Notes under the pieces: generated by a model
What the model was told of the DNA's origin: nothing
Database searches by the model: none
What the model saw: the letters and a program-made list of their open reading frames with translations, nothing else
Made by a program: the position numbers and the translations under genes
Part shown: positions 9,225 through 17,781 of the stretch, in pieces
How the letters are laid out: the number at the start of each line of letters is the position of its first letter
How positions within the stretch are numbered: the first letter of the stretch is position 1
DNA from: an uncultured Cryomorphaceae bacterium
Lineage (GTDB): Bacteria; Bacteroidota; Bacteroidia; Flavobacteriales_D; SKUL01
NCBI GenBank assembly: GCA_964487545.1
Contig: CAZARI010000005.1
Coordinates: 25,061-89,060, forward strand
Length of the DNA stretch: 64,000 nucleotides
Reading direction: 5' to 3'

Positions 9225-9725
9225 ATGCATCAAAATAGAAAAATGGACGCTGATCTTGAAGCGCGTTCGCTCGACGCTATTTGCGTCAACGAAAGTCAAC
9301 TCCAACACCGTTGGTTTCACAACCTCAAATACCTGATTGTGGGCGTGCTCTTCGGAATTGTATTCGTCAAGGCCGAAGTCATCAGTTGGTTTCGCATTCA
9401 GGAAATGTTCCGCTTGCAGTCCTTTCACATGTACGGCATCATCGGAAGTGCTGTGGTAGTGGGGCTGCTTTCGGTGTGGCTCATCAAAAAGTTCAACATC
9501 AAAACCATTTATGGCGAAGAAATCGTGTTGCAAACCAAAACCTTTAACCAAGGACAGATCTACGGCGGATTGCTCTTTGGATTCGGATGGGCCATCACCG
9601 GCGCTTGTCCCGGCCCCCTGTTTGCCCAAATCGGCACCGGCGCCACGGTTATTGCCGTCACCTTGCTCAGCGCCATTGCCGGCACTTGGGTCTACGGCCT
9701 CATTCGCGAAAAACTGCCGCACTAA
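9225..9725 (+). CDS. YeeE/YedE family sulfur-compound transporter, second half
   Basis: GWAITGACPGP motif and 4 TM segments. 9 nt after the preceding half. Alternative start at ATG 9243. Confidence 0.75.
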   Translation: MHQNRKMDADLEARSLDAICVNESQLQHRWFHNLKYLIVGVLFGIVFVKAEVISWFRIQEMFRLQSFHMYGIIGSAVVVGLLSVWLIKKFNIKTIYGEEIVLQTKTFNQGQIYGGLLFGFGWAITGACPGPLFAQIGTGATVIAVTLLSAIAGTWVYGLIREKLPH

Positions 9726-9776
9726 CCCACGGCGAAATATAACCGCGCTCCCCTTTTTGTGAGGATTGTTATCAAC

Positions 9777-9822
9777 AAGGCAGCACAGTATCCATGCCCA
9801 GGACACCGTGTTGCCTTTTTGC
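9777..9822 (+). terminator. candidate intrinsic terminator closing the sulfur operon
   Basis: AAGGCAGCAC (9777-9786) pairs with GTGTTGCCTT (9808-9817): 10 bp including one G-T. It is followed by TTTTTGCTTTT. The 21-nt loop is long. Confidence 0.4.
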
Positions 9823-9834
9823 TTTTAATAGTTT

Positions 9835-9911
9835 GGGCGTGCCCCTACGGGTCGGGCTATCCGTTGCAAGTCCTCGCTGCACTGCGGGCTTTTCACTGCT
9901 ATCCCTCACGC
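9835..9911. repeat. two degenerate ~33-nt tandem units (GGGCT.T.C..TGC.A..CCTC.C.GC)
   Basis: cgggtcGGGCTATCCGTTGCAAGTCCTCGC is followed by ctgcGGGCTTTTCACTGCTATCCCTCACGC. It lies in the 338-bp gap before SulP. Only spurious ORFs (9759-9962, 9772-9996) cover it. Confidence 0.5.
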
Positions 9912-10010
9912 AATTGCCAAACTTCGATGGCCCATTCACATCACCCAAAACCAGATAGATAATTGTATAAACAACCCAAAAACACCACCTTTTCACCCGC
10001 TTGACTTTAA

Positions 10011-10018
10011 TACCTTTG
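10011..10018 (+). promoter_or_regulatory. candidate -7 box (TACCTTTG) for SulP
   Basis: Exact TAnnTTTG match, 45 nt upstream of ATG 10063. Confidence 0.35.
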
Positions 10019-10062
10019 CGATGTATTTTATAGGTTAATCATTATTTGCTTTCAATTGGTTT

Positions 10063-11748
10063 ATGATCAGTAAAGAATTTACGCCAAAGCTGGTGTCATT
10101 GCTCAAAAGCGGCATCAGTTCTAAACAAATTCGCAAGGATATCCTATCGGGAATAATTGTCGGTATTGTTGCGCTACCGCTGGCCATTGCATTTGCCATT
10201 GCCTCTGGAGTATCTCCCGAAAAAGGACTCATCACCGCTATCGTCGCCGGGTTGGTCATTTCGGTACTCAGCGGCAGCCGCGTTCAAATTGGCGGCCCCA
10301 CCGGAGCCTTTATCATTATCGTATTTGGCATTGTGCAGCAACACGGTGTAGAAGGGCTCACCGTTGCCACGTTCATGGCCGGATTTATCATCGCCGCTAT
10401 GGGACTGGCCCGTTTGGGAAATTACCTCAAGTTTATTCCCTATCCGCTCATTGTCGGTTTCACCAGTGGTATTGCAGTAGTGATTTTCTCTACCCAAATC
10501 AAAGACTTTTTGGGGCTCAGTATCGATCAGGTGCCCGCCGACTTTATCGGAAAATGGGCAACCTATTTTCAGCACCTGCACACCATTAACTGGATTGCGG
10601 TAATCATCGCCATCACCACGGTGGTGGTTTCACTGAATTTCTTCCGCATCAGCAATAAAATTCCCGGATCGTTGGTAGCCATTGTGCTCAGCACGCTGGC
10701 AGTCTGGTTTTTTCAATTGCCCGTCGAAACCATCGAAAGTCAGTTTGGCGAAATTCCCAATACCATCCCGAAGCCCTCTGTGCCGAACATCAATTTCGCC
10801 ATGATTCAGGAGCTCATTCAGCCGGCCATTGCCATTGCCTTACTCGGTGCCATCGAATCGCTGCTATCGGCAGTAGTAGCCGACGGGATGACCGGAGGAA
10901 AACACCGTTCAAACATGGAGCTCGTGGCACAGGGCGCGGGTAATATTTTTTCGGGTTTGTTTGGCGGAATACCTGCCACAGGCGCCATTGCGCGAACCGC
11001 AACCAACATTAAAAACGGCGGTCGCACCCCCATTTCGGGAATCGTTCATGCCGTCTTCTTGTTATTGATTATGCTGCTGTTTGCACCAGTGGCAAAACTA
11101 ATTCCGCTGTCGTGTCTGGCCGGAATTCTTGTTGTGGTGGCGTGGCACATGAGCGAGGTGCATCACTTTCGCGCATTGCTCAAAAGCAACCGCATGGATG
11201 TAATCGTGCTGCTCACCACGTTTCTGCTCACGGTGTTTTTCGACCTTATTCTGGCCATTGAGATCGGAATTGTGCTGTCGAGCTTCATCTTTATGAAACG
11301 CATGAGCGAAGCAACAACCATTGAAAACGTGGAGAATATTCTCGACAACGATCAGGTAGTGGAAAAAATGTTTGAAGAAGAAATTCCAGACTTGCCCGAC
11401 AATGTGATGATCTACGAAATTCACGGACCGCTGTTTTTCGGTGCCTCCCACAAATTTCAGGACTTCCTTACCGAATTGCGACACGAACCCCAAGTGCTCA
11501 TCATCCGCATGCGACATGTGCCGTTTATCGACGCTACGGGAATCAGCAGGTTTAAGGAATTTTATCGCAAACTGAGTACCTCGGGCACCACGGTGCTTAT
11601 TTCGGGTGCCAATAAGCAGGTCAGAAGCGACTTGTACCTTGCTGACTTTTCTCCTCTACTCAACGAAAATAATGTATTCGAACACATTGATGGGGCCATC
11701 GAACACGCCAAAGCCGTTGCGAAAGAGATGGGCTCCAGTCCTAAGTAA
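10063..11748 (+). CDS. SulP family inorganic anion transporter with C-terminal STAS domain
   Basis: 561 aa and polytopic. It carries the GGPTGAFIIIVFGIV and ESLLSAVVADGMTG blocks, plus a STAS-like tail (VMIYEIHGPLFFGASHKF...IIRMRHVPFIDATG). Confidence 0.9.
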   Translation: MISKEFTPKLVSLLKSGISSKQIRKDILSGIIVGIVALPLAIAFAIASGVSPEKGLITAIVAGLVISVLSGSRVQIGGPTGAFIIIVFGIVQQHGVEGLTVATFMAGFIIAAMGLARLGNYLKFIPYPLIVGFTSGIAVVIFSTQIKDFLGLSIDQVPADFIGKWATYFQHLHTINWIAVIIAITTVVVSLNFFRISNKIPGSLVAIVLSTLAVWFFQLPVETIESQFGEIPNTIPKPSVPNINFAMIQELIQPAIAIALLGAIESLLSAVVADGMTGGKHRSNMELVAQGAGNIFSGLFGGIPATGAIARTATNIKNGGRTPISGIVHAVFLLLIMLLFAPVAKLIPLSCLAGILVVVAWHMSEVHHFRALLKSNRMDVIVLLTTFLLTVFFDLILAIEIGIVLSSFIFMKRMSEATTIENVENILDNDQVVEKMFEEEIPDLPDNVMIYEIHGPLFFGASHKFQDFLTELRHEPQVLIIRMRHVPFIDATGISRFKEFYRKLSTSGTTVLISGANKQVRSDLYLADFSPLLNENNVFEHIDGAIEHAKAVAKEMGSSPK

Positions 11749-11782
11749 TTCCGAATTTTGGCAACAGAAAATAATAAGTAAG

Positions 11783-12481
11783 ATGAAATACACGGTGTTA
11801 ATTGTTGCCGCGATCGCGATGAGTTCTCTCGCATTTTCGCAGCAACACGAAGTAACGGTGATCGGTGCGCTGCGCGATGTGATGTGGAAAGGGCAGCTCG
11901 AAGGAAAGGTGTACCTAGATACCATCCCCAATCAAAAACACTTATACGGCATGGGACCTTTAGAATACCTGACGGGCGAAATCACCATCATCGACGGAAA
12001 AACATACCAATCCAAAGTGGTGTCGGAAAGCGAAATGACGGTGGAGGAAACGACAATGATTCGCGCGCCATTTTTGGGCTATGCCCGTATTCCACACTGG
12101 AAGGAATCGACACTCCCCGACAGCGTGCGCACCATTAAATCGCTGGAGCAATATCTGCTTAGACTGGTTCCGGAATCAGAATATCCGTTTATTTTCAAAA
12201 TGTCGGGAACAGTTGAGCACGCTGTGTTTCACATTATGAACCTGCCCGAAGGAGCTACTGTGAGCTCGCCCAAAGATGCCCACGACACGATGGTGCAGTA
12301 CGAAATCAGCAAAGAAAATTGTGATATTGTGGGCTTTTTTTCGGTATCGCACCAAACCATTTTTACCCATCACGATTCCTTTTTGCACCTGCACCTAATC
12401 TCTGCCGATCGCACAAAAATGGGCCACCTCGATGAGCTGAAACTGGGGCGCAACACCAGACTTTATCTGCCCGAAAGGTGA
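11783..12481 (+). CDS. alpha-acetolactate decarboxylase-family protein with signal peptide
   Basis: MKYTVLIVAAIAMSSLAFS signal peptide. The GMGPLEYLTGEITIIDGKTY and HLHLISADRTKMGHL blocks resemble the AlsD/BudA family. The track start at 11606 overlaps SulP and is rejected. Confidence 0.6.
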   Translation: MKYTVLIVAAIAMSSLAFSQQHEVTVIGALRDVMWKGQLEGKVYLDTIPNQKHLYGMGPLEYLTGEITIIDGKTYQSKVVSESEMTVEETTMIRAPFLGYARIPHWKESTLPDSVRTIKSLEQYLLRLVPESEYPFIFKMSGTVEHAVFHIMNLPEGATVSSPKDAHDTMVQYEISKENCDIVGFFSVSHQTIFTHHDSFLHLHLISADRTKMGHLDELKLGRNTRLYLPER

Positions 12482-12616
12482 TTGGTTAAACACAATCCAA
12501 GGGATGACAAGAACCGCATCAAACGTAATGGCCGTTTGGAGCGGTTAAATAGGAAGTGAGCCGCACAAGTATTTACTTTGCACGTTGTTGTTGTACAATG
12601 AGCTCAAAGTGATGGT

Positions 12617-12943
12617 ATGAATTGGATCTTATTAGTTATTGCCGGTTTGTTTGAGGTGGCGTTTGCTGCTTGTCTGGGAAAAGCCAAGTACGCCACCGGA
12701 ATGATGGCCGTGTATTGGTATGGAGCGTTTCTGGTATGCCTGGCCATTAGCATGGCATTGCTCGTGAAAGTGACACAACACCTGCCCATCGGAACAGCTT
12801 ATGCCGTGTGGACGGGAATCGGAGCCGTTGGAACGGTGATCATAGGGATATTTGTTTTTAAAGAACCGGCCACGTTTTGGCGATTGTTTTTCATCATCAC
12901 GCTTATTTCGTCCATTATCGGGCTAAAAGTTGTTTCGGGCTGA
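12617..12943 (+). CDS. sugE: SMR family guanidinium/quaternary-ammonium exporter (SugE/Gdx type)
   Basis: 108 aa and 4 TM. MNWILLVIAGLFEVAFA...LPIGTAYAVWTGIGAVGT, with the conserved membrane Glu in TM1. Confidence 0.85.
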   Translation: MNWILLVIAGLFEVAFAACLGKAKYATGMMAVYWYGAFLVCLAISMALLVKVTQHLPIGTAYAVWTGIGAVGTVIIGIFVFKEPATFWRLFFIITLISSIIGLKVVSG

Positions 12944-13066
12944 AAGAGTAGTTGTACATGTGTTTTGGGTACAAGTTGAGGTTGGATAATTTTTCATCCG
13001 GCCGAATAAAGTAATTTCACCGGTGACACCGCTCCGTTTGGTCAAATGCAAAATCAGTAACACCCC

Positions 13067-13723
13067 ATGAGCTTTCTGCTGGACGCCAATCTCAATGCCT
13101 TTCTCGATTTGATCGGAACCTTTGCTTTTGCCATCAGCGGAATGCGCTTGGCAACGGGAAAGGACGTTGATTGGTTGGGAGCCTATGTCATCGGACTGGT
13201 TACGGCTATTGGTGGAGGCACCACGCGCGACGTATTGCTCGGCATCACCCCCTTTTGGATGGAAGATGCACGCTATATGCTCGTCACCGGCGTGGCATTT
13301 TTGGCCATTGTGGTGTTCAGACAGGGCTTGCTTCGGCTGGGGAGAACCCTGTTTTTGTTCGATGCCATTGGTCTCGGATTTTTTACCGTTTCGGGAATCG
13401 GAAAAAGCCTCGATGCCGGTTTTCCGATTTGGGTGTGTATCATGATGGGAACCATTTCCGGTTGTGTGGGCGGCGTAATTCGCGATATCATTATCAACGA
13501 AGTGCCGCTGCTGTTTCGCAAGGATTTATACGCTGTGCCGAGCATTCTTGGCGGAATTGTTTTCTTTATTTTGGTTCAGATTCCCGTGGACTTTCCGCTG
13601 CACGCACTGATGGCAGCCCTGACCGTGATTTTTGTGCGAATTATTGCGGTGCGTTTTCATTTACAATTGCCCCGTTTCGACTCCCTGGAATCCGTGCGTG
13701 GTTCGTTGCGAAAAAAGCGTTGA
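13067..13723 (+). CDS. trimeric intracellular cation channel (TRIC/UPF0126, YadS-like) family protein
   Basis: Two internal repeats, each with a glycine motif: GGGTTRDVLLG and GGVIRDIIINE. Confidence 0.8.
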   Translation: MSFLLDANLNAFLDLIGTFAFAISGMRLATGKDVDWLGAYVIGLVTAIGGGTTRDVLLGITPFWMEDARYMLVTGVAFLAIVVFRQGLLRLGRTLFLFDAIGLGFFTVSGIGKSLDAGFPIWVCIMMGTISGCVGGVIRDIIINEVPLLFRKDLYAVPSILGGIVFFILVQIPVDFPLHALMAALTVIFVRIIAVRFHLQLPRFDSLESVRGSLRKKR

Positions 13724-13765
13724 AAAAACGGGATGCATTCCTAAATTTGAACCAAACATCATTTC

Positions 13766-14329
13766 ATGGCATCCGCTAAAAATTTGTCAGCACAACAGAA
13801 AGAAGAAATTCTCTCCGTACTCGAAGCGCGTTTCAATAAGAATAGGCATCGTCACAAAGGCTTGACATGGAGTGATGTCGTTGGTAAACTAAAAGACAAG
13901 GACGCCAAATTGTGGTCTATTCAACAGATGGAAGAAACCGGCGGCGAGCCTGATCTGGTGGTATTGGATGAAAATTCTGGTGAAATGGTGTTTTGCGACT
14001 GTTCTGCCGAAAGCCCCAAAATTCGCAGAAGCGTTTGCTTTGACCCCGCTGCACTCGAGTCGCGAAAGCAACACAAACCCAAACACAGCGCGGTAGGGAT
14101 GGCAGCCGAAATGGGCATTGATCTGCTAACTGAAACGCAGTACCGCCAGTTGCAGGAGCTGGATGAATTCGACACCAAAACATCGAGTTGGGTGCAAACG
14201 CCTGCCGAAATCCGAAAGCTGGGCGGAGCGCTGTTTTGCGACCGTCGTTTTAATCATATCTTTTTATATCACAACGGAGCCGAATCATATTACGCTTCCA
14301 GAGGATTTAGGGGGATTTTAACAATCTAA
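13766..14329 (+). CDS. DUF4256-like protein
   Basis: 187 aa and soluble. The GGEPDLVVLDENSGEMVFCDCSAESP and FLYHNGAESYYASRGFRG blocks match my recollection of DUF4256. No function is known. Confidence 0.55.
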   Translation: MASAKNLSAQQKEEILSVLEARFNKNRHRHKGLTWSDVVGKLKDKDAKLWSIQQMEETGGEPDLVVLDENSGEMVFCDCSAESPKIRRSVCFDPAALESRKQHKPKHSAVGMAAEMGIDLLTETQYRQLQELDEFDTKTSSWVQTPAEIRKLGGALFCDRRFNHIFLYHNGAESYYASRGFRGILTI

Positions 14330-14333
14330 TGGT

Positions 14334-14882
14334 ATGTCGTACTGCCGCGCTATTGAAAATTTGCAGCCCGAAACGCGCAAGGCGCTGCACAAAAACTATC
14401 ACGACCACCATTACGGTTTTCCGCTTTATGACGATGACGAACTTTTTGGCCGGTTGATTATGGAAATCAATCAGGCAGGCTTGAGCTGGGAAACCATTTT
14501 GAAAAAGGAAATCGCTTTTCGAAAGGCCTACAGTCATTTTAGCATTGAACAAGTGGCGGCATACGGTGAAAAAGACCGCGAGCGCCTGCTGAGCGATGTC
14601 GGTATCATCCGCAACAGATTAAAAGTGAACGCAGCGATTGAAAATGCGAAAGAGATTCAGCGTTTGCAAAGTGAATATGGTTCCTTCGCGAAGTGGTTGT
14701 TGCATCACCATCCAAAATCAAAAGAAGAATGGGTGAAGCTATTTAAAAAACACTTTAAGTTTACGGGAGGAGAAATCGTCAATGAGTTTTTGATGAGCAT
14801 TGGTTTTTTGCCTGGTGCACACGATGAGGATTGTCGGGTTTATCACGAAATTCTGAAGCTGGATCCGGTGTGGCAGAGGTGA
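14334..14882 (+). CDS. tag: DNA-3-methyladenine glycosylase I
   Basis: YHDHHYGFPLYDDDELFGRLIMEINQAGLSWETILKK and GEIVNEFLMSIGFLPGAHDEDC are typical of Tag. Confidence 0.85.
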   Translation: MSYCRAIENLQPETRKALHKNYHDHHYGFPLYDDDELFGRLIMEINQAGLSWETILKKEIAFRKAYSHFSIEQVAAYGEKDRERLLSDVGIIRNRLKVNAAIENAKEIQRLQSEYGSFAKWLLHHHPKSKEEWVKLFKKHFKFTGGEIVNEFLMSIGFLPGAHDEDCRVYHEILKLDPVWQR

Positions 14883-14934
14883 GACCTTTTGCAGATAATT
14901 TTAAACCATCAGTGGTGTCACCGTTTCAATGGGT

Positions 14935-14942
14935 TATATTTG
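14935..14942 (+). promoter_or_regulatory. candidate -7 box (TATATTTG)
   Basis: Exact TAnnTTTG match, 43 nt upstream of GTG 14985. Confidence 0.35.
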
Positions 14943-14984
14943 CGACGACCACATCACTTTACTTAACTAATTTTTGAACCCAAC

Positions 14985-15806
14985 GTGATTAATTCTCATC
15001 GTTTTAAGAAATTGTTTGAAAGATCTGAAAAGGCCTATTTACATTGCCCGCTCTTGTCAAAGCCCCGAAAGCTCTTTTTTGATCACCTCCCCAAGTGTGG
15101 CGGCACTACATTGCACGGCTTTTTATTTAAACATTACCAACCCGAAAAGGTGTTTAGAATTCTTTCTATCATCAAAGGAGGTCCCATCGAAGCACAAGTT
15201 CAGGCTTTTCTCGATAAACCTGAAGAAGAGAGGTATGCTTACGATTTAATATTTGGGCATCATGCCTTCCAGTTTATTGATTACATCCATCCGGAGATGT
15301 ACAAAATTACCATGCTTCGTGAACCTGTCGATAGAATTATATCACACTATTATTTCGTAAAACGAAACAAGAAACACCATTTGTATGAGCAGGTCACTTC
15401 CAGTCAAATGTCACTTGAGCGTTATGTCACATCTGGTATATCGGAGGAGCTCGATAACTGGTATGTAAAACATTTCTCGGGACAGGATGAGGAAACGGTA
15501 TATGCTGACCCGGATTACGCCCTTGATTGTGCCAAAAGAGGTTTGACTAAGTTCGACTTGGTTGGCGTTTTATCGCAAATGGATGATTTTATTGCGAAGC
15601 TAAAAAAGGACGTGAATTTGAAAGGCACTTTCCATGTTAAAAACAAAGCCAACAAGACCCAGGATCGGCCCAAAGTATCCGAGGTTTCAGCAGAGGCGAT
15701 CGAGGCAATAAAGCGGGTGAATTCTCTGGATATCGCCTTGTATGAGTGGGTTTTAGAAAATAAATTCGATGAAATTGACCGAGTGCCCACAGAGACCCGG
15801 AGTTGA
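14985..15806 (+). CDS. sulfotransferase family protein
   Basis: PAPS 5-prime-phosphosulfate-binding-type loop HLPKCGGTTL. Downstream MLREPVDRIISHYYF resembles the 3-prime-phosphate-binding region. GTG start, so the true start is uncertain. Confidence 0.6.
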   Translation: MINSHRFKKLFERSEKAYLHCPLLSKPRKLFFDHLPKCGGTTLHGFLFKHYQPEKVFRILSIIKGGPIEAQVQAFLDKPEEERYAYDLIFGHHAFQFIDYIHPEMYKITMLREPVDRIISHYYFVKRNKKHHLYEQVTSSQMSLERYVTSGISEELDNWYVKHFSGQDEETVYADPDYALDCAKRGLTKFDLVGVLSQMDDFIAKLKKDVNLKGTFHVKNKANKTQDRPKVSEVSAEAIEAIKRVNSLDIALYEWVLENKFDEIDRVPTETRS

Positions 15807-15925
15807 AAATTTTTTGAAATGGCAAATTCGTACACATGAAGAATCACGAAGGAATAAAATCGAACTCTGGTGACCGCTAGACAGCGTTTTTACTACCATT
15901 TGCCGAGAAACAACAAAGTAAAAGA

Positions 15926-16837
15926 ATGGAAACGCTACAAAAGGTGCTCGATCCAGAACGGATCAAAAAAGTTGAAAATGATGGCGTATTTTATTGCCTG
16001 AACGAATCACGGTCTTCGCAGTTTTATGCCGAACTTTTTTCTGATTCTTTTAAGGGGAAGAACAAGCCGCAGCTTTATGATGAAGTTAAGCACGAAGAAC
16101 AAAAGAAAAATGCGGCTTACCGGATAATGGAGGAAATTGTTGGCGACCTGGAGAACAGACTAAATCCGGAGGCCGTAGTCGTTGAAATTGGTGGCGGGGT
16201 ATATCAGCGGCGATCTGCATTTGCGTACAAAAGATTTCGAAACTATTTTCCGCTCGACATTTCATATACCAGTATCAAGCGTTATAATGACCGATACGCA
16301 AAGTGTGGAATTGTGGCCGACGCTACAGAGTTGCCGTTTAAAAATAACTCGGTCGATTGCATTTTTACCCATACCTTCCTTGAACATCCACTTGATCCGG
16401 AGAAGGTGTTGTCGGAAATTGTCAGGGTGTTAAAACCCAACGGAATCGTTGTTCACAATGACGCGTGGTTTTGCCGGTGGTGGCAACGATATGGCATTGT
16501 AGGTCTAAAACCCTACAGCAATCTTTCGGCAAAGGAAAAGATGATCTGGATAGGAGCAAAAATTACAGAACTTCAAATTATTAGAATTCCGCCTGTACTC
16601 CTTAGAAGAGTGGTGGATATGATATTTCAACCAAAGGCTAAACGATTGCGTTATGGAAAATTACGACCCAATTACGACCTGCATCTCGGTTGTGACGAGG
16701 ACGCTGCAAACACCATTGATCCGGTGGATGTGATAAGGTACTACGAAGCCAGAAATTTTGAATTGGTTAATCCGATGACTTATAAGCAGCGGTTGCTTCA
16801 TCCGAATAAATATATTACCCTTCAGAAGAAAAACTGA
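15926..16837 (+). CDS. class I SAM-dependent methyltransferase
   Basis: Motif I VVEIGGGVY, an acidic loop YFPLDIS, and post-I/II ELPFKNNSVDCIFTHTFLEH...VLKPNGIVV. Confidence 0.75.
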   Translation: METLQKVLDPERIKKVENDGVFYCLNESRSSQFYAELFSDSFKGKNKPQLYDEVKHEEQKKNAAYRIMEEIVGDLENRLNPEAVVVEIGGGVYQRRSAFAYKRFRNYFPLDISYTSIKRYNDRYAKCGIVADATELPFKNNSVDCIFTHTFLEHPLDPEKVLSEIVRVLKPNGIVVHNDAWFCRWWQRYGIVGLKPYSNLSAKEKMIWIGAKITELQIIRIPPVLLRRVVDMIFQPKAKRLRYGKLRPNYDLHLGCDEDAANTIDPVDVIRYYEARNFELVNPMTYKQRLLHPNKYITLQKKN

Positions 16838-16918
16838 GAAGTTTTTAACCCAAGTTATGCAATAGGAGGAGTGAAAAGCTCCGAACTACTTGCATTAGTT
16901 GGGGTAAACCCCGATCTA

Positions 16919-17011
16919 GAGAATCACTTTTTCAGTACAGCGAAGTAAGCTGTAAAAGATTGATTCTCTTTGTCGAATATGCATTTGACCAAAGCCAATG
17001 CATATTTTGGG
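16919..17011. terminator. two hairpins in a convergent gap, candidate bidirectional terminators
   Basis: Composite hairpin GAGAATCA(16919-26)/TGATTCTC(16961-68) with inner CTTTT/AAAAG and ACAGC/GCTGT pairs. Then ATATGCATT(16977-85)/AATGCATAT(16997-17005), followed by TTTGGGTTT. Confidence 0.5.
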
Positions 17012-17027
17012 TTTAAGGATTTGTAGT

Positions 17028-17723
17028 CTATTTCTTCCGCCTTTTCCAAACCACGTACCCCACAAACGCTATCAGACTAATAATTGAACCCCATAACAAA
17101 CCGTTTTTGAGCCGTTCGTTGCTTTCGCCTAGGTAGGCAATCAAAATAATCAACGGAGTAATACCCAGTGTGGTGGCGGTAATAAATTTCCAGTAATTCA
17201 TGCGGAGAATTCCACCGACAAAACTGATGGCATCGTTGCTGAGCATCGGATTTAAACGGGTAATTACCACCGCCCAGAAACCGTATTCATTCACGTAGTG
17301 CACCATTTTCTCTTCGGATTTTTTTCCGATCATTTTCACCACTGCATTTTCCCCGAGCAACCTTCCGATTAGATAGCCGGTGCTTGAAGCCGTGAGTACT
17401 GCAGCCAGCGCGATTAGGCTGCCGATAAATGGTCCGTAAGCGAGAACCGACACCACCATCAGAGCAATGGACGGAATGACGATCAGAAACATTTGCAGCA
17501 CCATGGCCAGCACAATCATCACCGGTCCGAACCACCCGAATTGTTGCACCCAGAACCTGATGCGCTGCTCGTCGTCGCTCGTCAGCACATCCCACGCTTC
17601 TTTAAAAAATTCCGCTACCGAAGGAAAAAGAAAATAAGACGATACCACGCCCAGAATGAGGAACAGAAATAAATACTTCGGCAGATTACTTTTTTTGGTT
17701 TTAAGCTCGTTGTTTTGATTCAT
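17028..17723 (-). CDS. TVP38/TMEM64 (DedA-related) family membrane protein
   Basis: 231 aa and polytopic. The blocks GPFIGSLIALAAVLTASSTGYLIGRLLG and RLNPMLSNDAISFVGGILRMNYWKF are typical of the family. Confidence 0.8.
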   Translation of the reverse strand: MNQNNELKTKKSNLPKYLFLFLILGVVSSYFLFPSVAEFFKEAWDVLTSDDEQRIRFWVQQFGWFGPVMIVLAMVLQMFLIVIPSIALMVVSVLAYGPFIGSLIALAAVLTASSTGYLIGRLLGENAVVKMIGKKSEEKMVHYVNEYGFWAVVITRLNPMLSNDAISFVGGILRMNYWKFITATTLGITPLIILIAYLGESNERLKNGLLWGSIISLIAFVGYVVWKRRKK

Positions 17724-17781
17724 GTTTTCCCGTAGGTCATAGCCTATCTAAGTTCGGAAAAACTAACGATTTGTGCGCATT

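Noticed and set aside
9759-9996. 67-aa (+) and 74-aa (-) ORFs in the gap before SulP
   Set aside because: They mutually overlap on opposite strands, they cover the GC-rich tandem element, and their products are Pro/Arg/Cys-rich.
11606-11782. N-terminal extensions proposed by the ORF track (also 3513-3566, 5996-6043, 8616-8651, 25343-25390, 45357-45500, 49140-49247 and 19570-19602)
   Set aside because: The extensions overlap the preceding gene or precede an obvious signal peptide or typical N-terminus. Internal ATG starts give compact spacing, including ATGA/TGATG overlaps.
12482-12616. Guanidine riboswitch upstream of sugE
   Set aside because: SugE/Gdx genes are often riboswitch-controlled, so I looked for ykkC, mini-ykkC (paired ACGR hairpins) and guanidine-III features. 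I found only a weak AACCGC/GCGGTT stem and a GACAAGA fragment, and no convincing match. A cmscan would settle it.
13122-13779. Alternative-frame plus-strand ORFs (107 and 202 aa) inside the TRIC-family gene
   Set aside because: The 13067-13723 frame gives a clean 7-TM duplicated-repeat protein with GGGTTRD/GGVIRD motifs. The other frames give Arg/Trp/Cys-rich nonsense.
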